This document shows, piece by piece, positions 36,523-43,615 of a DNA stretch of 59,250 nt (positions are counted from its first letter, which is position 1; every line of letters begins with the position of its first letter). The notes under the pieces were generated by a model. The model saw only the letters and a program-made list of their open reading frames with translations, ran no database searches and was not told the DNA's origin. Source of the stretch: Kiritimatiellia bacterium. Its GTDB lineage: Bacteria; Verrucomicrobiota; Kiritimatiellia; RFP12; UBA1067. The DNA is taken from positions 1 through 59,250 of the forward strand of contig JAZSLQ010000089.1 in the NCBI GenBank assembly GCA_045535455.1. Reading direction: 5' to 3'. Made by a program: the position numbers and the translations under genes.

Positions 36523-37122
36523 ATGATCTCCATAATGATAGTCGATGACCATCCGATGGTCAGAGAGGGCTTGGCCGCCATGCTCGAGAGCGAGCAGGAT
36601 TTTCAAGTGGGCGCTCTTGCGGCGACGGGCGAGGAGGCGGTCGCGATAGCGGGCACGGCGAAGCCCGACGTGGTCTTAAGTGACATCAGGATGCCGGGCA
36701 TCGACGGTTTTGGCGTGCTCGCGAAACTGAAGGAATCCTATCCCGACATCCGCGTCCTTTTGATGGCGGGAATGCCCCTCAAGGAAGAGGAGGCGCGGGC
36801 GCGGGAGGAAGGCGCGAAAGGGTATCTGCCGAAGAACGTCGACCAGGATCGCCTCGTCGCGGCCATTAGGACAATAGCGGCTGGCGAATCCGGGTTCGTT
36901 TGCGAAGAGTTCCAGGTCGCGCCCTCGACGCTTACCGCGCGCGAGCTCGACGTGCTCAAAGAGGTTGCGAGCGGCAAGCAGCGCGACGCAATTGCCGCGT
37001 CGCTCGGCATTGGCGCGGAATCGGTGAAGACACACCTGAAGGGCATCATGACGAAGCTCAGTTGCCCGAACGCGACGAGCGCCGTTTCCCGTGCGTACGA
37101 GCTCGGCATTCTTCGGGCGTGA
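36523..37122 (+). CDS. Response regulator, NarL/FixJ family (REC + LuxR HTH)
   Basis: 'IVDDHPMVREGL', phospho-Asp in 'LSDIRMP', 'GYLPK' and 'LTARELDVL' HTH. Confidence 0.92.
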   Translation: MISIMIVDDHPMVREGLAAMLESEQDFQVGALAATGEEAVAIAGTAKPDVVLSDIRMPGIDGFGVLAKLKESYPDIRVLLMAGMPLKEEEARAREEGAKGYLPKNVDQDRLVAAIRTIAAGESGFVCEEFQVAPSTLTARELDVLKEVASGKQRDAIAASLGIGAESVKTHLKGIMTKLSCPNATSAVSRAYELGILRA

Positions 37123-37123
37123 A

Positions 37124-37858
37124 ATGACTGACGCCCACTGCCATGTCTCTTGCGGTGACTCGTCTGTGCGCGAGTTTCTGATTGGCCGCGACTTCTTCGG
37201 TGTTCATCCCTGGGAGACTCTTGATGGGACAAGCAAGACTGGCGGGACATCCGAGACTAACGCGCTTCTTGTCCCGGATGTCCCAGTTGTCCCATTTCTC
37301 ACTGCGCTCCTTGCCTCGCTTCGCCCTAAGCTCCATGCGAATCCCAACGCTGGCGTTGGTGAGATCGGCCTCGACCGCCTCAAGGTGCGTGACATCCCGC
37401 CTCTTATGCGCACGGTCTTTGAGTTCCAGCTATCTCTTGCGATTGAGCTCCACCGCCCCGTCGTTCTTCACGGCGCGAAGTGCTGGGGTCAGGTGGTGGC
37501 GACGGTAAAGAGGATGATGGGGGGAGGACTTGCGACGCGCGATACGCGACAGGCGTTTTTGTTTCATGGCTTTTCCCGCTCTGATGGGCTTATTCCAGAG
37601 ATCATCAAACTCAATGGCTTTATTTCCGTTGGCCCGGCTGTCCTGAACGACCATGCAGTGAATTACCGTGAGCTCGTCAAGAAAATCCCCTTAGACCGTC
37701 TCCTCGTCGAAACCGACGCCGTGGCAGAGGCGCGTGTCCCTACGCGCCCGCACATCCGCGACGTCCTTGCCAAGACTGCAGACATCCTCAACCTCTCCGC
37801 CTCGGAACTCGAGCGGATTACCGACGAAAACGCCGACCGCTTCCTTGGCGTTGTGTGA
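37124..37858 (+). CDS. TatD-family hydrolase, with an in-frame repeat insertion
   Basis: 'DAHCH', 'GVHPW', 'VGEIGLD', 'RPVVLH' and 'LLVETD' motifs. Confidence 0.88.
   Translation: MTDAHCHVSCGDSSVREFLIGRDFFGVHPWETLDGTSKTGGTSETNALLVPDVPVVPFLTALLASLRPKLHANPNAGVGEIGLDRLKVRDIPPLMRTVFEFQLSLAIELHRPVVLHGAKCWGQVVATVKRMMGGGLATRDTRQAFLFHGFSRSDGLIPEIIKLNGFISVGPAVLNDHAVNYRELVKKIPLDRLLVETDAVAEARVPTRPHIRDVLAKTADILNLSASELERITDENADRFLGVV
37224..37295. repeat. Palindromic 9-mer-arm element inside tatD
   Basis: (g/a)(g/a)gac at 37226, 37235, 37244 and 37253; gtccc at 37271, 37280 and 37289. Confidence 0.8.
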
Positions 37859-37871
37859 TATAATACACGCC

Positions 37872-38693
37872 ATGAACGGTGCAATACTTCCTTGCTGCCT
37901 TACCATTGCCGGAAGTGATTCCGGTGGCAACGCCGGCGTCCAGGCCGATCTTCGCGCTTTCCACGCCTACAATCTTCACGGCTGCACAGTCTTTGCCGCA
38001 CTTACGGCACAGAACCCGCATGGCGTCTCTGCAATTCACGCTGTTCCTGCCGACTTTGTCGCTGCGCAGCTCGATGCAGTTCTGGGTGTCTATGATATTC
38101 GCGCGCTCAAGACGGGTATGCTTGCTTACCCTGCGGCCATTGAAGTCGTCGCCGATCGGCTTGCCGCGCATCCTGAGATTGCAAAGGTGATAGACCCTGT
38201 GATGATTGCGACGAGCGGGGCGCAGCTCGTGTCCGACGATGCAGTTACGGTTCTCACGAAGAGACTTCTTCTGCTTGCCACGCTTGTCACGCCGAACTTG
38301 CCCGAGGCCGAGGCGCTTTGCGGCGTTGCAGTAGATCCGACTGAAAGTCGCGCGGTAGATTCGGCCCATGCGAGGGAGCTTGCAGCCCGGCTTCACGAAA
38401 AGTTTGGTTGTGCCGTGCTTGTGAAGGGCGGTCATGGTTCTGGAGCGACGGCGGTTGACGTTCTTTTTGACGGAAAGTCGTTTGAGGAGTTTTCGATGCC
38501 GTGGGTTGCAAATCCCGTTTCCACTCATGGCACTGGTTGTTCGCTTGCGGCTGCGCTCGCTGCGGAGCTCGCGCTTGGTCGCAATCTTTCCGCCGCTGTG
38601 CGTGGCGCGAAGGCGTATGTGCATGACTCGATAGCGCGGTCGCATCTCGTCGGCGAGAACTGCGGCGTCCTCGGCTTCGCACCACGCACATAG
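37872..38693 (+). CDS. thiD: Hydroxymethylpyrimidine/phosphomethylpyrimidine kinase
   Basis: 'LTIAGSDSGGNAGVQAD', 'KTGML', 'DPVMIATSG', 'VTPNLPEA' and 'THGTGCS' motifs. Extended -10 TGATATAAT at 37856-37864. Confidence 0.95.
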   Translation: MNGAILPCCLTIAGSDSGGNAGVQADLRAFHAYNLHGCTVFAALTAQNPHGVSAIHAVPADFVAAQLDAVLGVYDIRALKTGMLAYPAAIEVVADRLAAHPEIAKVIDPVMIATSGAQLVSDDAVTVLTKRLLLLATLVTPNLPEAEALCGVAVDPTESRAVDSAHARELAARLHEKFGCAVLVKGGHGSGATAVDVLFDGKSFEEFSMPWVANPVSTHGTGCSLAAALAAELALGRNLSAAVRGAKAYVHDSIARSHLVGENCGVLGFAPRT

Positions 38694-38838
38694 ACTTCAC
38701 ACTGCGCGTATAGACTTCGTCAGGTCTGCACAGATTTTGTCTTGCACATATAGACTCGCCTAGCCTGCACAGACTTCGGCTCGCACATATAGACTTCGCG
38801 ACAAGTGTGCATAGACCTTGTCCTGTGTGTGTATAGAT
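38691..38838. repeat. Degenerate ~20-bp tandem array (YAGAY core x8)
   Basis: Cores at 38691, 38711, 38731, 38751, 38770, 38790, 38812 and 38834. Confidence 0.75.
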
Positions 38839-38912
38839 TGTGCGCAAACCGTTGGCACTAACTGCCATATAGGCTATGTTCACCCCAGCAGCTCCAACTA
38901 TTGCATTTTCCA

Positions 38913-38940
38913 TGAGAATTCAATGCGTAAAAATCTCAAG
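38913..38940 (+). repeat. Copy of the ~28-bp motif
   Basis: tgagaattcaatgcgtaaaaatctcaag. Confidence 0.7.
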
Positions 38941-39192
38941 CCGCAGTCATTCTCTCGCTTCTGAATGATGTGCGTCAGACATGTCGCCGAAAACTAGATG
39001 GTAGAAGGGGGTTTATGATGAAACGAGAGTTGTTTAGGCGACAAGAAATTCTCGGTCGCGCTATAACCGATATCGTGGCTATTTGAAACCCAATCGTCTC
39101 TCTTCAACTGTCTTGATTTGTGGCAATGGCCTATATCCGGCAGACTATTATGATGGCGGATCTTTTTGACGGCATTTTGGCTTTGGGCGACT

Positions 39193-40164
39193 CTACTTTT
39201 TCAAACGTCGCCGTCGCTTAGTCATCTTTTCCCGCTTTCTGCCGTCTCTTAGATGTCTTGCGACTCCTTCTGCCTCTCCCTTTTTGAGAACCCTATGCGG
39301 AAAATTCTTAAGCCGCCTCGGCTCGTCGAGCAGCACTGTCTCCGGTGAGAGCATGTGCTCGAGCTTCTTGAACACGCGGTCGAAGACTGGCCCTTCGCCT
39401 GAAAGTATCTCCTCCACGACCGCGTGCCGCGGCGTCCCGTCGAGAAGGGCGGCGGTGGGAGTAGGGTCCTTCGTGCCAGTCGCCTGCCGGAGGCGTATCG
39501 CCATCGCCTTGTAGCGCATGAGCGTCTTGTACTTGGGCGAGAGCTCCGGCAGGTTCTCCTTGAGCCATCCGCGGATCCCGCCGTTGCGCCCGACGACGTC
39601 GCCTGACTCGTCGAACCTCAGGCAGTTGTCGACATAGCATTCGAGATCGTGCAGCATCCCGCCGAGGCGTACCATCGCCTCGCGCGAGTCCTTTCGCCCG
39701 TTCCACGCGGCGAGAAGGGCGGCAGGGGTGGGCATCGGCGCGGTCGTGGTGCGGCGCGAGAGCTTGCGCCTGGCGGCTGCGAGCTCGCGGCGGCGGGCCT
39801 TCTCGCGGGCGTAGTAGAAGGGCCTGCGGACTATCCGCAGGTCGCGCATGAGCTCGCGTTTCATGCGGTCGCGTTCCCTCGGGCTTGCGAGCTTCTTAAC
39901 CTCGTCGCGCATGAGGACCCCGATGTCCATCGCGATGCAGACGCCGAGGAGAAGGGGGTTGAAGGTCGAGTCGAAGTACGTGCTGGCGTTCCGCCGCTCG
40001 AACCAGGCGTCGCCGTAAGACTCTCCCTCGGCGACCTCCCTCGTGCGCGGGCGGTAGGTGTGGATGTCGAGGTATTTGCCGGTGTAGGTCTTCGCCTCGC
40101 TGTATGTCCAGCCGTAGTGGTAGGCGTACCAGTACGCCGAATGCTCGTATGTCTTGCGGGTCAT
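39193..40164 (-). CDS. Hypothetical protein (323 aa), the only minus-strand gene
   Basis: Long GC-rich ORF with its own extended -10 (attatacca at 40204-40212, i.e. TGGTATAAT on the minus strand); no recognised catalytic motif. Confidence 0.7.
   Translation of the reverse strand: MTRKTYEHSAYWYAYHYGWTYSEAKTYTGKYLDIHTYRPRTREVAEGESYGDAWFERRNASTYFDSTFNPLLLGVCIAMDIGVLMRDEVKKLASPRERDRMKRELMRDLRIVRRPFYYAREKARRRELAAARRKLSRRTTTAPMPTPAALLAAWNGRKDSREAMVRLGGMLHDLECYVDNCLRFDESGDVVGRNGGIRGWLKENLPELSPKYKTLMRYKAMAIRLRQATGTKDPTPTAALLDGTPRHAVVEEILSGEGPVFDRVFKKLEHMLSPETVLLDEPRRLKNFPHRVLKKGEAEGVARHLRDGRKREKMTKRRRRLKK
39285..39312 (+). repeat. Copy of the ~28-bp motif inside the 3' end of the minus-strand gene
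   Basis: tgagaaccctatgcggaaaattcttaag. Confidence 0.65.
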
Positions 40165-40217
40165 AATATAGTGCTTTTGCCTCTTTTCCAGTCGGCAGGA
40201 AGTATTATACCATAAAA

Positions 40218-40245
40218 TGAGAATTCTATGCGGAAAAATCTTGAG
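40218..40245 (+). repeat. Copy of the ~28-bp motif
   Basis: tgagaattctatgcggaaaaatcttgag. Confidence 0.7.
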
Positions 40246-40387
40246 GGTGTGTATTCTTACTTGTGCTACAGTCTGCTGATGCGGTGGTCTGCATTTTTAG
40301 GCGGTTTGCGGGTGGGGAGATTTGGTATAATATCTCGCATAAAATTTAGTTGGGGTGTAAAAACATTGAAATGTGAGAGCGAGAATA

Positions 40388-41617
40388 ATGAATGAGTCTA
40401 ACAAAATGTCAGTTGGCGAAAAATCATCTGCCGAAAAGTCTTCTGCCGAAAAGACATTGGCAGGAAGAATGGTGAAAGGTGCAATATTTAGCGGGGCGAC
40501 GTTTGATTCGCGCAAGGTGAAGCCAGGCATTCTATTTGTCGCGCTCAAAGGCGACAAGGCGGATGGTCACGACTACATTCCGCAGGCGTTTGAGAAGGGC
40601 GCGGCGGGAATCATCGACGGTTATGACGAACTCGACCGCGTGGCGAGGGAATACCGCCGTTCCCTCAAGGCCAAGGTTGTTGCCATCACCGGCTCGGCCG
40701 GCAAGACTACCACAAAAGAACTCGTAAAGACGTTCCTCTCGACCGTCGGCAAGGTCCACGCGACTGATGGGAACTTCAACAACCACATCGGGCTTCCAAT
40801 CACCATCCTCAACTGTCCGAAAGACGCCGACTTCCTCGTTCTCGAGATGGGCACGAACCACCCCGGCGAAATAGCCCACCTCTGCGACATCGCAGAGCCC
40901 GACTGCTCGCTCATTACAAATGTCGGCACCGCGCACATAGAGTTCTTCGGCGACCAGGACGGAATCGCGCGCGAGAAGGGCGTCGTCCTTGAACGCGTAA
41001 AGGAATTCGGCGTCGTCTCCAAGGAGAACGTGCGCCTCGATATCCTGCGCGAAATGTGCCACGGCGAGTTCATTGAGGTAGATCCCCGCCAGGAATGGCT
41101 TGCGAAGGCCCTCGAAGGAGTTCTCCCAGGCGGCCACAACCTCTCAAACGCCTGCCTCGCGTTCGCGCTCGCCGAGCGCTTCGGCGCCACGCGCGAAGGC
41201 TGCGCGGCTGCGCTCGCCGGCTTCTCTCTCCCCGGCGCTCGGTGGCGCATTTCGGAGAAGTGGGGCGTGACTTTCATCGACGACTCCTACAACGCAAATC
41301 CCGATTCGATGATCGCCGCGCTCGATACGCTCGTGAAGACTCCCTGCGACGGTAAGCGCGTCGCAGTCCTTGGCGACATGTTTGAGCTTGGTCCCCGCTC
41401 GCTCGAACTCCACAAAAAAGTCTTCGACCATGCGATGTCGCTGAAAATCCCGCTTGTGATCGGAGTCGGCGAGATGTCGTCGCAGTGTCTCTGCCATCTC
41501 GTTTACAAGGAGCTAAAGACACTAAAGAAGAGGTTTCGCGTCGATGTCTCTGCCGGCGATCTCGTGCTCCTAAAGGGATCGCATGGCATGCGCCTCAGCG
41601 AGCTTATCGAGGACTGA
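40388..41617 (+). CDS. murF: UDP-MurNAc-tripeptide:D-Ala-D-Ala ligase
   Basis: 'FDSRKV', 'LFVALKG..DGHDY', 'AITGSAGKTTTKE', 'NFNNHIG.P', 'DDSYNANPDS' and 'LKGSHG'. Start uncertain (40373/40388/40469); TGGTATAAT at 40323-40331. Confidence 0.93.
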   Translation: MNESNKMSVGEKSSAEKSSAEKTLAGRMVKGAIFSGATFDSRKVKPGILFVALKGDKADGHDYIPQAFEKGAAGIIDGYDELDRVAREYRRSLKAKVVAITGSAGKTTTKELVKTFLSTVGKVHATDGNFNNHIGLPITILNCPKDADFLVLEMGTNHPGEIAHLCDIAEPDCSLITNVGTAHIEFFGDQDGIAREKGVVLERVKEFGVVSKENVRLDILREMCHGEFIEVDPRQEWLAKALEGVLPGGHNLSNACLAFALAERFGATREGCAAALAGFSLPGARWRISEKWGVTFIDDSYNANPDSMIAALDTLVKTPCDGKRVAVLGDMFELGPRSLELHKKVFDHAMSLKIPLVIGVGEMSSQCLCHLVYKELKTLKKRFRVDVSAGDLVLLKGSHGMRLSELIED

Positions 41618-41627
41618 GGTTTAATCA

Positions 41628-42314
41628 GTGGGCGGCAAGATATTCTTCGTGTCCGGCATCGACACCGGAATCGGCAAGACAATGGCGACTGGGCTTATGG
41701 CTCGTTCGCTCGCCGCGTCCGGTCGCGATGTCATAACCGTCAAGCTCGTCCAGACGGGCAACGACAGCTTTTCCGAGGACGTCGACGCTCATCGCACAAT
41801 CTGCGGCGGCATTCGCTTCCCAGAAGACGACGAAGGGCTGACGGCTCCTCAGATCTTCAAGTTTCCGTCTTCACCGCTTCTCGCCGCCGCACTCGAAGGT
41901 CGCACAGTCGATGTCGAGGCGATATCGCGCGCCGTCCGGGAATGTGCCGCACGTCATGAAATAGTTCTCGTCGAATCCGCAGGCGGGCTCGATGTGCCGC
42001 TCGCCGACGACTTGCTTTCAATAGATCTTGCCGCTCGCGAAGGATGGCCACTTGTGCTCGTCTCGTGCGGACGGCTCGGCTCAATCAACCATACGCTTCT
42101 TTCTCTCGAAGCGGCGAAGGCGCGCGGCATGTCGGTCGCCGGCGTTGTGTGGAACTGGTGTGAGGGCGCAGATTCGCGAATAGACGATGACTCCTGCGAG
42201 ACAACGCGCAGCTACCTTTCGCGCTGGGGATTCTCGCCTGCTGTCGTGCGCGTTCCTCGCTTTGACATCGGTGGTCCATACCCAGAAGTCGACTTTTCGG
42301 AGATTTTCAAATGA
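41628..42314 (+). CDS. bioD: Dethiobiotin synthetase
   Basis: 'FVSGIDTGIGKT', 'LVESAGG' and 'LGSINHT' motifs. Confidence 0.93.
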   Translation: MGGKIFFVSGIDTGIGKTMATGLMARSLAASGRDVITVKLVQTGNDSFSEDVDAHRTICGGIRFPEDDEGLTAPQIFKFPSSPLLAAALEGRTVDVEAISRAVRECAARHEIVLVESAGGLDVPLADDLLSIDLAAREGWPLVLVSCGRLGSINHTLLSLEAAKARGMSVAGVVWNWCEGADSRIDDDSCETTRSYLSRWGFSPAVVRVPRFDIGGPYPEVDFSEIFK

Positions 42315-43615
42315 CGCCGCTCGAATACGATCGCGCGAGGATCTGGCATCCCTACGCCTCGCTTAAAGACCCTCCGCCAGTCATTCACGCAAAAGCGGCG
42401 TCCGGCGTGGAGATAGAGACTGCCGATGGCCAAAAGCTCGTCGACGCCGTCTCGAGCTGGTGGTGCGTCGCGCATGGCCACAATCATCCTGCAATCGTCG
42501 AGGCGATACGTCGTCAGTCGGAGAAGATGTGCCATGTTATGTTCGGCGGCTTCACCCACGACCCTGCCGTCGAACTTGCAGAGAAGCTTGCAGCGATTGC
42601 TCCGCCCGGTCTCGATCGCGTGTTTTTCGCAGACTCGGGTTCCATTTCTGTCGAAGTCGCCGCGAAGATGTCCGTTCAGTACCAGAACGCGCTTGGGCAC
42701 CCAGAGCGCAACCGACTTCTTGCGCTGAAGGGCGGCTATCACGGCGACACTTCGCTCGCGATGGCGCTCTCCGATCCCGACGGAATGCACACGCTCTTCA
42801 AGGGGATAATGACGAAGCACTTCTTCGCGGAGAAGCCGTCCATCCCGACATGGGGCGAGTGGAATGACGCGGACGCTGACTCTCTTCGCCGCGTGGTAGA
42901 TGAACATGGCGGCGAAATCGCCGCGATCATCTGCGAGCCGGTCTTCCAGGCGGCGAATGCGATGAACTTCTACCACCCTGACTACCTGCGCGAGATGCGC
43001 CGCCTCTGCGACGAGAGCGGGATGTTGCTTGTCTTCGACGAGATTGCGGCTGGGTTTTACAGGACTGGTCCTCTGTGGGCTCATTCGCGCGCAAACATTG
43101 TGCCTGACATCATGACCGTCGGCAAGGCGCTGACTGGCGGACACATGACGCTTGCGGCGACGCTTGCGAGCGGGAAAGTCGCTGACACGATTTCAAACGG
43201 CCGTCCGTCGGCGTTCATGCACGGGCCCACCTATATGGCCAATCCGCTTGCTTGCGCTGCGGCCTGCGCGTCGCTCGATCTTTTCACGAAGGCGGACTAC
43301 GCGGCAAATGTGACGCGGATCGAGCGCCAGTTCCGCGAAGGGCTGGAGACGTTGCGCGGACGACCGAACGTCCGAGACGTGCGCGTTCTCGGCGCGGCAG
43401 GCGTAGTGGAAGTGGAGCGGCTTCCCGTGCAGGCGGAAATCTCTCGCGTCATCCGCGAACATGGCGTGTGGCTCCGTCCGTTTGCGAACTTCATATACTC
43501 TATGCCGCCTCTCGTCTCGGACGAGGCGACGGTAGAGCGCATTGTCGGCGCACTTGTGGGCCTTGCTTCCGCGCCGCCCGGCCCGCCGCCTGAGGATGGT
43601 GATTTCCATGAGTGA
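42311..43615 (+). CDS. bioA: Adenosylmethionine-8-amino-7-oxononanoate aminotransferase
   Basis: 'IWHPY', 'DAVSSWW', 'DSGSISVEVAAKM', 'FDEIAAGF', PLP lysine in 'VGKALTGG' and 'HGPTYMANP'. Confidence 0.95.
   Translation: MTPLEYDRARIWHPYASLKDPPPVIHAKAASGVEIETADGQKLVDAVSSWWCVAHGHNHPAIVEAIRRQSEKMCHVMFGGFTHDPAVELAEKLAAIAPPGLDRVFFADSGSISVEVAAKMSVQYQNALGHPERNRLLALKGGYHGDTSLAMALSDPDGMHTLFKGIMTKHFFAEKPSIPTWGEWNDADADSLRRVVDEHGGEIAAIICEPVFQAANAMNFYHPDYLREMRRLCDESGMLLVFDEIAAGFYRTGPLWAHSRANIVPDIMTVGKALTGGHMTLAATLASGKVADTISNGRPSAFMHGPTYMANPLACAAACASLDLFTKADYAANVTRIERQFREGLETLRGRPNVRDVRVLGAAGVVEVERLPVQAEISRVIREHGVWLRPFANFIYSMPPLVSDEATVERIVGALVGLASAPPGPPPEDGDFHE

Noticed and set aside
37800-37871. TPP riboswitch upstream of thiD
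   Set aside because: The intergenic gap is only 13 nt and no CUGAGA-type aptamer core is visible.
38691-38838. CRISPR array
   Set aside because: Period is only ~20 bp, units are degenerate, there are no unique 25-45 bp spacers and no cas genes.
38941-39192. ncRNA or small gene in the AT-richer gap
   Set aside because: I could not find a stable structure, promoter-terminator pair or credible ORF.
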